Shown here: one piece after another, positions 29,381 through 39,284 of the stretch | Numbering within the stretch: the stretch's first letter is position 1 | Layout of the letters: each line of letters starts with the position of its first letter | Origin: an uncultured Gemmatimonadota bacterium | GTDB taxonomy: Bacteria > Blakebacterota > Blakebacteria > Blakebacterales > Blakebacteraceae | Length of the DNA: 64,000 nucleotides | NCBI GenBank assembly: GCA_964576115.1 | Contig: CAZNUA010000011.1 | Span: 1-64,000, forward strand | Reading direction: 5' to 3' | Translations under genes and position numbers: made by a program | The notes under the pieces: model-generated | Seen by the model: the letters and a program-made list of their open reading frames with translations, nothing else | Told to the model about the DNA's origin: nothing | Database searches by the model: none

Positions 29381-30640
29381 CTACGGTGCCGGAAGACCGC
29401 CCGGCTCGGATCCGGCCGACGTGAACACCGAACGCCCGATCAACTGAACGCTGTCGCCGGCATCGATCTGGGCATCGGCGACATACAGGATCATGGCGGT
29501 GGCGGTCTGGTCGCCGACCGCGATCACCACTGCCCGGGCCAGCACCTGCTCGTAGAATCGCAGCCGCCCCCGCTCTTCCTGGGGCCGCGTCACGGCGTAG
29601 AGATCGCCGATCTGGAGCCCTTCTTCGTTCCCCCCGTCGATGAAGAGCATGTCATACGGATGCTGGTTGCCGACCGGTTTGGCCCGGGCCACGATGAAGC
29701 CCGTCCGACCTCCCTGAACAGGAATGAATTCCTTCCACGGCCGGGTGTCGACCCCGGGAGCGGGGATGACCCTGTCTCTGCGACCCACGGCATCGAAAAC
29801 CGCCACCAGGACACCCTGGCTGGTGCGGTTCTCGGTGTCGACGATCTCGATCACGCCCTTGACCTTGATGTGCCGCCCCAGGCGTTGACCCCATTCAGGG
29901 TGGCGCACCACATCCCCCTGGTCGACCACGATGAAAAGGTCGCCCGGCTCGGCCCGGTCCTCACCGATATCGATGAAAACCTGAGCGTAGAGCGACATAT
30001 TCATCTCAGCTCCCTCGCCGTCGATGATCTGTCCCTCAGGCCACTTGCGGGGATCGCCGATATAACCTGCCGCCAGCACGGCGCTCGATGACGCCAGCGG
30101 GAAGTAGTTGCGTTCCGAAGCCCGGAAACCGCTCACCCGCGCCTGCGGCACCATCTGCCCGGGCTCGGCTTCTGCCACTTCGGTGGTCTCGGGTTCGGTA
30201 CTGGCCGGCTCCGGCTCCGGCGCCGCAGGCTCGGGTTCGGATTCAGGGACCGGTATCTGTTCGGCCTGCTCCTGCAGAACCTGCAGCCCCGTTTCCCGGT
30301 CGGGCCAGACCTCTTCGAAGCTGAGAATGATCGGGGGCCCGCCGCCGACGGGGAACCAGATCTTCTGTCCCGGATAGATCCAGTGGGGGTCGGCGATGCC
30401 CTCCCGGTTGGCCCGGTGGATCTCGGGCCAGAGCCAGGGGTCGTTCAGATACCGGCCGCAGAGATCCCAGAGGGTATCGCCCGGGACGACGGTATGAAGC
30501 GAACCGCGGGTAGTATCAGTTCCGGCGGTCGAAGTCCCCTGCGCAACGACCGTGACCGGTAGAGCCGCGAGCGGCAGAATCAGGAACAGCGCCAATACCG
30601 CCGTTCTGACCCGCGGGACACGATTGGACACCGATTTCAC
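29381..30640 (-). CDS. LysM peptidoglycan-binding protein
   Basis: Signal peptide, HTVVPGDTLWDL...YLNDPWLWPEI...IADPHWIYPGQ; GTG at 30640 with GGAGG RBS. Confidence 0.9.
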   Translation of the reverse strand: MKSVSNRVPRVRTAVLALFLILPLAALPVTVVAQGTSTAGTDTTRGSLHTVVPGDTLWDLCGRYLNDPWLWPEIHRANREGIADPHWIYPGQKIWFPVGGGPPIILSFEEVWPDRETGLQVLQEQAEQIPVPESEPEPAAPEPEPASTEPETTEVAEAEPGQMVPQARVSGFRASERNYFPLASSSAVLAAGYIGDPRKWPEGQIIDGEGAEMNMSLYAQVFIDIGEDRAEPGDLFIVVDQGDVVRHPEWGQRLGRHIKVKGVIEIVDTENRTSQGVLVAVFDAVGRRDRVIPAPGVDTRPWKEFIPVQGGRTGFIVARAKPVGNQHPYDMLFIDGGNEEGLQIGDLYAVTRPQEERGRLRFYEQVLARAVVIAVGDQTATAMILYVADAQIDAGDSVQLIGRSVFTSAGSEPGGLPAP

Positions 30641-30725
30641 CTCATCCACCTCCTCAGGAGGACAGGGGGACGCCCCCGAATACGGCCGGGGAGACCCACA
30701 GAGGTACGTTGAGGGCCAGATATGT

Positions 30726-30755
30726 ATCATACTCCTTTTCGGCCCCGGATTGCAA
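30726..30755 (-). promoter_or_regulatory. sigma70-type promoter of the LysM gene
   Basis: TTGCAA-N18-TATGAT. Confidence 0.6.
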
Positions 30756-30764
30756 CGGGTCTGC

Positions 30765-32168
30765 TCAGTGGCCGCTTCCGCCGCCGGTGAGGTCCGCGAT
30801 GGCCACCGAGGGAAAATCACGTAATACGGTCGTGAATTCGGCCCGCACCCGTTCCAGTGCCGCCTCATCGCGCCCCTCGAACCGCAGCACGATGACCGGC
30901 TGAGTGTTGGAGGCCCGCACCAGCCCCCAGCCGTCTTCAAAGATCACCCGGGCGCCGTCGATATCCACCACCTCGACGTCATCGCGGGCCAGGAAGCGGT
31001 CCCGCACCTGTTCCACGACGCCGAATTTGTCCTCGTCGGCACAGCTGACTCTGATTTCGGGGGTCGAGGCGTAGGCCGGTATCTCGGCCACCATCTCGTC
31101 CAGGGGGCGGTTGGACCGGTCGAGAATACCCAGCAGGCGGGCGGCGGCATAAATGGCGTCATCGAAACCGTACCAGCCTTCGGCGAAGAACATATGACCG
31201 CTCATTTCGCCCGCCACTGGAACCCCGGAACGCTTCATTTCGGCTTTGATGAGCGAGTGGCCGGTCTTCCACATGTGGGGCACCCCACCGCTGGCCCGGA
31301 TATACTCCACCAGTCCCTGACTGCACTTGACATCGAAGAGAATTTTCTGTTCCCCCAGCCGCTCGAGCACGTCGGCGGCATAGATCGCCAGGAGCTGATC
31401 TCCGAAGAGCAACCTGCCGTGACGATCCACAACCCCGATCCGGTCACCGTCACCGTCGAAACCGATGCCGAGTTCGGCCTCCCCCGCGGTCACAGCGGCC
31501 TGCAGGTCGGCCATGAATGCGGGGACGGTCGGATCGGCCAGATGGTTGGGGAAGGTACCGTCCGGCTCGCAGTACAGGGCCTCGACCCGGCATCCCAGTT
31601 CGGTCAGGAGTTCGCGGGCCGTCGGGCCGGCGATGCCGTTGCCGGCATCGATCACGATCTGCGGCGGCCGCGTGAGCGAGATCCGCCCTGTCACCGCGGC
31701 CCGGTAGGCCTCGAGAATGTCGACCGGGACGAGCGAACCTTCACCGCTCTCGAAAGCGCGCTCATCGATCGCCTCGCGCAGGCCCTGGATCATGAGGCCG
31801 TAGACCGAAGCCCGGCGCAGAGTCATCTTGAAGCCGTTGTACTCGGCCGGGTTGTGCGAACCGGTCACTTGAATCCCGCCGTCGGTCTCGAGATGCACTT
31901 CGGCGAAGTAGAGCACCGGCGTGGGAACAGCTCCCAGATCGAGCACCTCGAGCCCGCTTGCCACCAGGCCCTCTCCCACCGCCCGGTGCAGGCGGGGACC
32001 GCTCAAGCGGGCGTCGCGGCCCAGAACCACACGGGTGCCCTTGTCGCGCCGCACCAGCGTGCCGTATGCCCGTCCGATCTCAAAGCCGGTTTCGTCGGTC
32101 AGATCGGTGTCGGCGACGCCGCGAATGTCGTATTCCCTGAAAATGTGCGGATTCATCATCTCCCCCAT
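30765..32168 (-). CDS. Phosphomannomutase/phosphoglucomutase (AlgC type)
   Basis: IFREYDIRG, TGSHNP, FDGDGDR, GEMSGH, RASNTQP. Confidence 0.95.
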   Translation of the reverse strand: MGEMMNPHIFREYDIRGVADTDLTDETGFEIGRAYGTLVRRDKGTRVVLGRDARLSGPRLHRAVGEGLVASGLEVLDLGAVPTPVLYFAEVHLETDGGIQVTGSHNPAEYNGFKMTLRRASVYGLMIQGLREAIDERAFESGEGSLVPVDILEAYRAAVTGRISLTRPPQIVIDAGNGIAGPTARELLTELGCRVEALYCEPDGTFPNHLADPTVPAFMADLQAAVTAGEAELGIGFDGDGDRIGVVDRHGRLLFGDQLLAIYAADVLERLGEQKILFDVKCSQGLVEYIRASGGVPHMWKTGHSLIKAEMKRSGVPVAGEMSGHMFFAEGWYGFDDAIYAAARLLGILDRSNRPLDEMVAEIPAYASTPEIRVSCADEDKFGVVEQVRDRFLARDDVEVVDIDGARVIFEDGWGLVRASNTQPVIVLRFEGRDEAALERVRAEFTTVLRDFPSVAIADLTGGGSGH

Positions 32169-32241
32169 CAGTCCGGAGTGTTCCGATCCGGCGCCCGGGG
32201 AACCGGGCCGAAACCGTGCCGGCCCGGATCGCCGGCGGGTC

Positions 32242-34659
32242 TCACAGGCACTTGAGGATCACGAGGGTCAGATCGTCGCTCTGGGAACGATCGCCGGTGA
32301 AGCTGAGCACCTCGCGATAGATCTCGTCGCGGATTTCGCGGGCCGCCAGGTAGGAACGGTCGCGCAGGATGCTTCTGAGCCGCTCCTCGCCGAACTCTTC
32401 GTCCCGTTGGTTCAGAGCCTCGGTCACCCCGTCGGTGTAGATCGTGAGGACATCGCCCGGTTCGATCTTCACCCGCCCTTCTTCGTAGGCGGCATTTTCG
32501 ATGACCCCCACCAGCAGGCCCCCCTTCTCGAGGACGAGCTGTTCCCCCGAAGTCCGGGTCAGAATTGGGAAGTTATGCCCGGCATTGACGTATGTCAGCA
32601 ACTGCCCGGGAAGGTCATACTCGGCCAGAAAGAGGGTGATGAATTTTTCAGGGCTGGTGGAGCGGTAGATGACGGTGTTCACCTTGCCGGCCGCGACGGC
32701 CAGTTCCGGCTGGGTCTCATAGACCGCACGCAGGGTGGCCTGCAGGCTGGCCATGAGCAGGGCCGCCGGGGTGCCCTTGCCGGAGACATCCCCGACCACC
32801 ATCAGTACTTTTTCGATCTCTTCTTCTTCGTCGGGGGGAGTAACGAGGAAATCGAAGTAATCCCCCCCGATCTCGCGGCTGGGCAGGTTAATGGCTGAAA
32901 TCTCGAAGCTGGGTCCGCGGGGAAAGCGGTCGGGCAGCAGGGTCTGCTGGATTTCCCGGGCAACCGCCAGCTCTTCCCTGATCCGTTCCTGCTCGAGCCG
33001 CTCTTCATGCAGCCAGGCGTTCTCGACCGCCACTGCAACCTGGCTGGCCAGGACCGCCAGCAGGGTCAGTTCCTCGGAGTTGAAGCCGGTATCGGCGAGC
33101 TTGCGCCCCAGGGTGATCACACCCACCAGTTCCTGACGCTGTCGCAGGGGGATGAGCAGATGGGGAGTGAGTCCCTGGAGGACCACTTCGGTCGTGCCGC
33201 TTTCCTCGAGCTCTTCCTGCACCAGCTCGAACCGTACCGGGCCGGTTGTGCGGGCCAGGATCTCGGCCACCGGATCACCTTTCCGGAAGATGGCCCGGCC
33301 CGGCCCCGTGGGAGCCCGACGCCGCAGGTCGAGCAGGGCGTCCTCGGGACGCTCGGCGATGGCGAGATCGTCCTCCTCGAGAGCCTTCGGAGGTTTGAGG
33401 GCCCATTCTTTCTGCTTCAGGGGCGGCGGTCCACGCCGGATGAAGCGGTACGCACCGGTCTTGCGCTCGAGCAGGATGATCGCCGCTTCGTCCACCAGAA
33501 AAGCCCGCTCCAGCGTCTGGTATGTCGCCCGCATCAGCGAATCCATGTCGAGGATGCCGATGATGTTCGTCACACTTTGCTGCAGCACGTTGCGGTAGTC
33601 TGTCTCGTCGCGGATGAAGAAGCGGTCTACCAGCAACTCGATCCGGCCCTGCAGCGGCTGGAAGGCGAGCACCGCGATGACCAGAAAGATGATCATGACG
33701 AAGCTGTTCGACTCATCGGCCGTACCGGCCAGGGAGAGATAGAGGTCGGAGAACCACTTGAAGAGCAGGAAGAAGAATCCGACCACCACCCCGGTGGCGG
33801 CCGAATAAATCAGACCGCGCTTGGCCAGAACCTGCACGTCGAGGAACTGATGTCTGATGATCACCCAGGCGATCGCTCCGCATCCCACGACCAGGGCCAC
33901 GCTGAGCATGATCGCCGAGATCCACTCCGGCATCCGCAGGAAGGGCAGGAAAACGGGCAGAATCTGCACCACGATATAGATCCCGACGCTGACGCCGATA
34001 CCGAGCTGCAGGATCGAAACCTGGATCTGCAGCTTGCGGTTCTCCAGGCTCCGGCGTGTCCGTCGCAGAATGAGCAGGGCGATCGCGACATACAGAACGT
34101 TGACCGCCGACCAGAGCTCGATGTGGGCGCTGTAGATGACCTGGAAGAGGTTGCTCAGCAGAACCCCCGCGAAACGCAGTACCGCAATGAAAGGCCCGAG
34201 CAGGCCCCGGCCCCCACCGAGGTCGCGTAGCTCCAGAATGTCGGGATACACCAGAACCAGAATGACCAGCAGCAGGTGCAGCACGTACGGCAGGTAGAGC
34301 ACGATCCAGAGTCGCGGGTGGCGGCGGATGACGTCGTTCTCGCGCGGGAAGATGAGACTGAAGAGAACCAGGGTCGGGAAGAATAATTCCCAGATGACCG
34401 TGAACTCGCGCAGGTTGTGCAGGCTGATGACAGTCTCGGCCGCGGCGGCTGCGTCGGTGGCGGCCCCGGCTGTATCGGGTGTCACCAGCGAGGCCCCGAG
34501 CGCACCCAGAAGAGATCCGAGCCCCCCGAAAATAAGCATGGCCGCCGTAGTGCGGTTCAGACGGCGCCCGGGCCCCTCCCGTACGATCACCACTCCGAGC
34601 AGGATCAGGAGAAGACCGCTCGCCAGGAATATCCCGACCTGCAGCCCGTGCAGTGACAT
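32242..34659 (-). CDS. Multi-TM sensor + GAF + SpoIIE/PP2C phosphatase (RsbU-like)
   Basis: Many N-terminal TMs; LASQVAVAVENA; IGGDYFD, GDVSGKG, YTDGVTEA, DDLT. Confidence 0.92.
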   Translation of the reverse strand: MSLHGLQVGIFLASGLLLILLGVVIVREGPGRRLNRTTAAMLIFGGLGSLLGALGASLVTPDTAGAATDAAAAAETVISLHNLREFTVIWELFFPTLVLFSLIFPRENDVIRRHPRLWIVLYLPYVLHLLLVILVLVYPDILELRDLGGGRGLLGPFIAVLRFAGVLLSNLFQVIYSAHIELWSAVNVLYVAIALLILRRTRRSLENRKLQIQVSILQLGIGVSVGIYIVVQILPVFLPFLRMPEWISAIMLSVALVVGCGAIAWVIIRHQFLDVQVLAKRGLIYSAATGVVVGFFFLLFKWFSDLYLSLAGTADESNSFVMIIFLVIAVLAFQPLQGRIELLVDRFFIRDETDYRNVLQQSVTNIIGILDMDSLMRATYQTLERAFLVDEAAIILLERKTGAYRFIRRGPPPLKQKEWALKPPKALEEDDLAIAERPEDALLDLRRRAPTGPGRAIFRKGDPVAEILARTTGPVRFELVQEELEESGTTEVVLQGLTPHLLIPLRQRQELVGVITLGRKLADTGFNSEELTLLAVLASQVAVAVENAWLHEERLEQERIREELAVAREIQQTLLPDRFPRGPSFEISAINLPSREIGGDYFDFLVTPPDEEEEIEKVLMVVGDVSGKGTPAALLMASLQATLRAVYETQPELAVAAGKVNTVIYRSTSPEKFITLFLAEYDLPGQLLTYVNAGHNFPILTRTSGEQLVLEKGGLLVGVIENAAYEEGRVKIEPGDVLTIYTDGVTEALNQRDEEFGEERLRSILRDRSYLAAREIRDEIYREVLSFTGDRSQSDDLTLVILKCL

Positions 34660-34661
34660 GG

Positions 34662-35072
34662 TTACCTCTTCGTGAGCACCATCTCCACCCGGGTGCCCTG
34701 CGACGAAGGCCGGACTTTCACCTCATCCATCAAAGATTCGAGGATGAGCAGCCCCCGTCCGTTTGGTTTGGTGATATTCTCCGGTGCCAGAGGATCGGCA
34801 ACAGCCTGGAGATCGAAACCGTTCCCCTGATCGGTCACCACAATCCGGATGGATGAATCGGAACAGTCGAATCTGATGGTAACGAACTTGTCGGGCTCGA
34901 GTTTGTTCCCGTGCAGAACGGCGTTATTGACGGCCTCGGTGACGGCAATACAGAGATCGGCACGGATTCCCTGGCCCAGGTTGCACTGCCGGGCGATCTT
35001 TTCGGTCAGCCGCTCGGCTTTGACGACGGCATTGAGGCGGCTCCGATACCGCTTGGTGATGACTTTCTTCAT
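34662..35072 (-). CDS. rsbW: Anti-sigma factor Ser kinase (RsbW-like)
   Basis: EAVNNAVLHGN, DQGNGFD, GRGL. Confidence 0.88.
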   Translation of the reverse strand: MKKVITKRYRSRLNAVVKAERLTEKIARQCNLGQGIRADLCIAVTEAVNNAVLHGNKLEPDKFVTIRFDCSDSSIRIVVTDQGNGFDLQAVADPLAPENITKPNGRGLLILESLMDEVKVRPSSQGTRVEMVLTKR

Positions 35073-35407
35073 TCGTAGCTGGCGATAGCGTCTTCGATGG
35101 TCGCATAGATATCGAAAACCCGATCCAGTTTGGTGATTCGCAGAACCTCCTCGATCTTCTCGGTCACAGTCGACAGGCGCAGGTCCCCGCCGCTCTTGCG
35201 CAGAGCCGAGAGCCCTCCGATCAGGATTCCCAGACCGGATGAGTTCATCCAGTCAACATCCCGTAGATCGACGACAACACTCCGGGTGCCGTTTTCGATC
35301 AGCTCGTGAAGTTTCTCGTGCAGGGTGGTCGCATCGGGCCCACCCATGATCTTGCCCTGCAGGTGCAGAACGGCAATATCACCACTGGTGGCGTGCTTGA
35401 TCTGCAT
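35069..35407 (-). CDS. rsbV: STAS anti-anti-sigma factor (RsbV-like)
   Basis: VVDLRDVDWMNSSGLGIL, ITKLDRVF. Confidence 0.9.
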   Translation of the reverse strand: MQIKHATSGDIAVLHLQGKIMGGPDATTLHEKLHELIENGTRSVVVDLRDVDWMNSSGLGILIGGLSALRKSGGDLRLSTVTEKIEEVLRITKLDRVFDIYATIEDAIASYE

Positions 35408-35428
35408 GTCAGCGTAACTCCTCCAGAC

Positions 35429-36619
35429 TCAGAGATCGAGACTGCCGAGCGCATCCCCGATTCGCTCCACAGCCGTTTTCAGATCATCCATCGAGGCTGC
35501 GTACGACAGGCGCGTGTAGCCCTCGGCGCCGAACGCCGCTCCCGGGACAAGTGCAACCTTAGCCTCATCCAGCAGCCATGTACAGAAGCCGGTGCTTCCC
35601 TCCAGATCGGACCGGGCTGCCAGAACCTCGGAAATATCGAACATCAGATAGAACGCTCCCTGCGGCGGCATCTTCACATGCAGCCCCGGGATCCGTTCAA
35701 TCTCGGGCAGCAGATAGTCACGGCGTTCGCGGAACGCCGCGCACATTTCCTCGGCTTCTTCACTGCCGCCCTGCAGGGCGACCAGGGCCGCAGCCTGGGA
35801 AAGCAGGCTGGGGTGATGGGAGGACTGGCTCTGGAAGCCGGCCACTTTCTTGATCCACTCCCCGGGTCCGGCCAGATATCCGATCCGCCAGCCAGGCATG
35901 GCAAAGGTCTTCGACAGACTGCCGATCAGGGCCGTCGAGGCTCGACCTGCATCAGAAACAGCCGCCGGCGAGAGATAGGGTTCATCGGTATATACGATGG
36001 CGTCGTACACTTCATCCGAGATGATGGCCACTTCGGCCTCGGTGCAGATCCGGGTCAGTTCCCTGACCTCATCGGGAGGGTAGTATGCCCCCGAGGGATT
36101 AGAGGGATTATTGAAGATGAGCAGGCGGGTTTTCGGGCTGATGGCCGCCCGCAGTTCGTCGAGGTCGACCTTGAAGCCGTTTTCGCCGCGGCACTGGAGG
36201 ATGACGGGAATCCCGCCGACCAGCTCGGTCTGGGCTGGATAGGTCACCCAGTAGGGTGCCAGGATGATCACCTCATCTCCCTCATCGACCAGTCCGACCA
36301 TGGCATTGTAGAGGGCCTGTTTTCCGCCGTTGGAAAAGATGATCTCGGAGGGTTCGTATTCCAGGTTCTTGGTCCGCTTCAGGAAACTCGCCGTTGCTTC
36401 ACGCAGCTCGATATTCCCCGGGTTCACTCCGTACCGGGATGAACCTTCGAGAGCAGCTTTGGCGGCGGCTTCGCGGATATGTTGCGAAGGCGAAAAATCG
36501 GGTTCACCCGCCGCCAGCGCGATGACATCGTGCCCGGCGCGTTTGAGTTCTGCGGCTCGGGCCGAGATGGCCAGGGTTTCGGAAGGCTTCAGAGTCGAAA
36601 GTCGCTGGGAGACATGCAT
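35429..36619 (-). CDS. Class I PLP aminotransferase (aspartate aminotransferase-like)
   Basis: GEPDF, NGGKQAL, NPSNPSG, SDEVY, SLSKTFAMPGWRIGY; start at MHVSQRL. Confidence 0.93.
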   Translation of the reverse strand: MHVSQRLSTLKPSETLAISARAAELKRAGHDVIALAAGEPDFSPSQHIREAAAKAALEGSSRYGVNPGNIELREATASFLKRTKNLEYEPSEIIFSNGGKQALYNAMVGLVDEGDEVIILAPYWVTYPAQTELVGGIPVILQCRGENGFKVDLDELRAAISPKTRLLIFNNPSNPSGAYYPPDEVRELTRICTEAEVAIISDEVYDAIVYTDEPYLSPAAVSDAGRASTALIGSLSKTFAMPGWRIGYLAGPGEWIKKVAGFQSQSSHHPSLLSQAAALVALQGGSEEAEEMCAAFRERRDYLLPEIERIPGLHVKMPPQGAFYLMFDISEVLAARSDLEGSTGFCTWLLDEAKVALVPGAAFGAEGYTRLSYAASMDDLKTAVERIGDALGSLDL

Positions 36620-36647
36620 TGTAGAGGACCTTCTCGTACGGGGCCTG

Positions 36648-37139
36648 TCACCCGATCCCGGCGGCGAACTTGGCCGCCAGGGCTTCGGCGACGACCGGTG
36701 GCACGTGCGGGGTGACGTTGCCGCCCAGGCGGGCGACCTCACGCACGATCGAGGAATTGACATAGGTGAATCGCTCCGAGGGCATGAAGAAGACTGTCTC
36801 CACCTCCGGATAGAGCGATTTGTTCATCAACGCCATCTGATACTCGTATTCGAAATCCTTCACCGCCCGCAGCCCTCTGATGATGGCGGTTGCGCTGCAC
36901 GTGCGGGCGAATTCGGCCAGAAGTCCAGCGTAGGCTTCAACCGAAACCTGCGGCATGTCTCCGATCGTTTCAGTGACCAGCCGCAGTCGCTCTTCGACGT
37001 CGAAGAGAGGTTCCTTGGTGACGTTGTGGGCGATGAGGATGATGATATTATCGAAGATTCCCGAGGCCCGACGGATGATGTCGAGGTGACCGTTTGTGAT
37101 CGGATCGAAGGTGCCGGGATAGATCGCCAGTCGGGACAC
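36648..37139 (-). CDS. coaD: Phosphopantetheine adenylyltransferase
   Basis: YPGTFDPITNGHLDII, RGLRAVKDFEYE. Confidence 0.97.
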   Translation of the reverse strand: MSRLAIYPGTFDPITNGHLDIIRRASGIFDNIIILIAHNVTKEPLFDVEERLRLVTETIGDMPQVSVEAYAGLLAEFARTCSATAIIRGLRAVKDFEYEYQMALMNKSLYPEVETVFFMPSERFTYVNSSIVREVARLGGNVTPHVPPVVAEALAAKFAAGIG

Positions 37140-37141
37140 TT

Positions 37142-37702
37142 CTACGCCTCCTCGACCGCCTCGGGCGCCGTCCAGATGCTCAACACGGTATCGCCGAAGG
37201 CTTTCTCTCGAACGAGGGTCAATCCGCCGGGGGCGAGCTCTTCGGCTCCCCGGTGTTCAACAACCAAGGTACCTCCCGGGGCAACAACCTCCAAGATACT
37301 CTCGGCCAGGAGCCGGGCCAACCGAACGTAGCGGTAGGGCGGGTCACAGAAACAGAGGGTGAACGTCCGTCCCTCCTCTTTCAGACGGGTCAGGGCTCTT
37401 TCGGCGTCCACCTGCCAGACCTCTGTTTGCTCCCCATACCCCGTCCGGACGACATTCTGCTCCAGGGCGACGAGCGCCGGCCGGGCTGTTTCGACGAAGA
37501 GGGTGTGCGCCGCGCCCCGACTCATCGCTTCGAGACCGACTGCACCCGTGCCGGCGAAAAGATCGAGAACGGTATCGCCCTCGGGAGACCCGAGAACATC
37601 GAAGATCCACTGCCGGACCCGGGCGGTGGCCGGCCGCACCGTATGACCGGGGGGAGAGACGAGGTTCATACCCCGACACTGTCCACCGGTAATCCGGAGC
37701 AT
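37142..37702 (-). CDS. rsmD: 16S rRNA G966 N2-methyltransferase
   Basis: LRITGG, LDLFAGTGAVGLEAMSRGA, DPPY. Confidence 0.95.
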   Translation of the reverse strand: MLRITGGQCRGMNLVSPPGHTVRPATARVRQWIFDVLGSPEGDTVLDLFAGTGAVGLEAMSRGAAHTLFVETARPALVALEQNVVRTGYGEQTEVWQVDAERALTRLKEEGRTFTLCFCDPPYRYVRLARLLAESILEVVAPGGTLVVEHRGAEELAPGGLTLVREKAFGDTVLSIWTAPEAVEEA

Positions 37703-37719
37703 CTCCGCTGTCCTTGCTT

Positions 37720-38682
37720 TCAGTGCGTGAAACCAGCCAGGGCGCCGCCGGCCGGCAGGGCGAACGAGCCCAGATTGCTGCGCAGCAGGGGAGTGTCGGC
37801 CAGGTCGGGATCGATCGTGAAGAAATCCTGCAGGGCGAGGATTTCAGCCCGGGCCGCAGTCCGGGTCATGAGTGCTCCGAGCAGCCGTTCCGGATCCTCG
37901 ACCGAACCGGTGAGAACGATCCGGTCCACCGCTTCGGGAGCGAGCGCGCACCGGCCGGCGAGTCTTTCGATCCAGAGCATGATCTCGGCCGCAACCTCGT
38001 GCGCGTCGTCGGGATTCCAGGCCCGCTGCCAGGTCCCCGGACGCGCTCCCTGCATAACGGTCGCCCCGGCCGTTCCATCGGGACCGTAGAGGGCGCATTC
38101 GAGGCCCTCTGCCTCAAAGTGAATGATCGCTACCGTTTCGGTATCGTTCGCACCTGACCGCCGGGCTCCGAGCCGCAGAAGTGCCCAGCCGTCGCAATCC
38201 CATCCGGCGACGGTGAACCCGGCGTCCTCAACCACCCGGGTATATCCCGCCTGGACTTCGCGCCAGACAGCCCAGGCATCGACCTGCAGCCTGTCTTCAT
38301 ACACGCCCCGCTCGCAGTGCCGGCATTCGAGATCGTCCTCACCGGCTCCGGTCCGCCGGATCAGCTCGGTTCGAACCCGGGCTGTCAGCGCCTCGGTTCC
38401 GGCCAGGTCGGCGGGAAGTTGCAGGATGGTGCGCTGCACACTCCGGCCGTCGAGAACGACCGTGCAGTCGCCCCCGGTTACCCCCGCACGCGCGATGGCC
38501 CGCTCCAGACTCCGCGCCAGATCCTCGCTGCCGGTCGAACGGATCTGCCCGCGGCGTTTGGCTGTGAAGGGAAGCAGACCGGCCCCCGCCCCGGTGAGGC
38601 GGAGGCCGCTGTCGGTACTCTCGAGATGTACGAAACGGAAGGTGCGGTCGGCTATCTTCAGACCCAGCACACCGGAAGCCAT
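37720..38682 (-). CDS. PilM-like (degenerate actin-fold) pilus assembly protein
   Basis: N-terminal LGLKI, VVEDAGF...DCDGWAL, DRIVLTGS, C-terminal FALPAGGALAG; next to a pilin-like gene. Confidence 0.6.
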   Translation of the reverse strand: MASGVLGLKIADRTFRFVHLESTDSGLRLTGAGAGLLPFTAKRRGQIRSTGSEDLARSLERAIARAGVTGGDCTVVLDGRSVQRTILQLPADLAGTEALTARVRTELIRRTGAGEDDLECRHCERGVYEDRLQVDAWAVWREVQAGYTRVVEDAGFTVAGWDCDGWALLRLGARRSGANDTETVAIIHFEAEGLECALYGPDGTAGATVMQGARPGTWQRAWNPDDAHEVAAEIMLWIERLAGRCALAPEAVDRIVLTGSVEDPERLLGALMTRTAARAEILALQDFFTIDPDLADTPLLRSNLGSFALPAGGALAGFTH

Positions 38683-38685
38683 CCG

Positions 38686-39177
38686 CTACCGGTTACGGCC
38701 TTCGAGCCAGTCGGCTGTCCCGTCTTCAATGCGCCCGAGTCCGTTGCGGTCTTTCACCGTAATCGAAACGCCGTCGTTCTTGACGATGAGCATATACGAG
38801 GAGGAATCGACCGGTGAAACGTACATGCGCGTGATGCGGGGACGGGGGCCCACGATCTTCCACTCGTCGGTCGGCGCGATCGAATCACCCCTGGCGTAGA
38901 CGGTGCCGATCTCGAGGGTGTCGACCCTCATACTGCGGACATTGTTGACGTAACTCAGCAGGCTCTCGGGATCGGAGGTGTAGTACTGGCGACCTTCGAA
39001 GAAGAACCTCTCGGCCAGGTACAGGTCGATCAGATGCTGTCGGGTCAGCTGGATCCTCGCCAGCTCCTCAGCTCGCTGGCGCTGCGGAATGATGATCGTC
39101 GCCACCAGTGCGGCAAGGAAAACGAGGACCATCAATTTCCAGAAGACCGAACCCCTTTCGTCGACGAATTGCTTCAC
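38686..39177 (-). CDS. Pilin/pseudopilin-like protein
   Basis: GTG at 39177 with AGGAGG RBS; MKQFVDERG|SVFWKLMVLVFLAALVATIIIP, then a helix ending AERFFFEGRQYY. Confidence 0.6.
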   Translation of the reverse strand: MKQFVDERGSVFWKLMVLVFLAALVATIIIPQRQRAEELARIQLTRQHLIDLYLAERFFFEGRQYYTSDPESLLSYVNNVRSMRVDTLEIGTVYARGDSIAPTDEWKIVGPRPRITRMYVSPVDSSSYMLIVKNDGVSITVKDRNGLGRIEDGTADWLEGRNR

Positions 39178-39255
39178 TCTACAACCTCCTGAAAGCCCAT
39201 CGGCACATGACGGGCACGACCCGTGAGGGGGCCGGAACCGGTGAAACCGCGCGGT

Positions 39256-39284
39256 ATCATAGTGAGCGCCCCCCTGAGCGTCAA
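39256..39284 (-). promoter_or_regulatory. sigma70-type promoter of the pilin-like gene
   Basis: TTGACG-N17-TATGAT. Confidence 0.7.
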
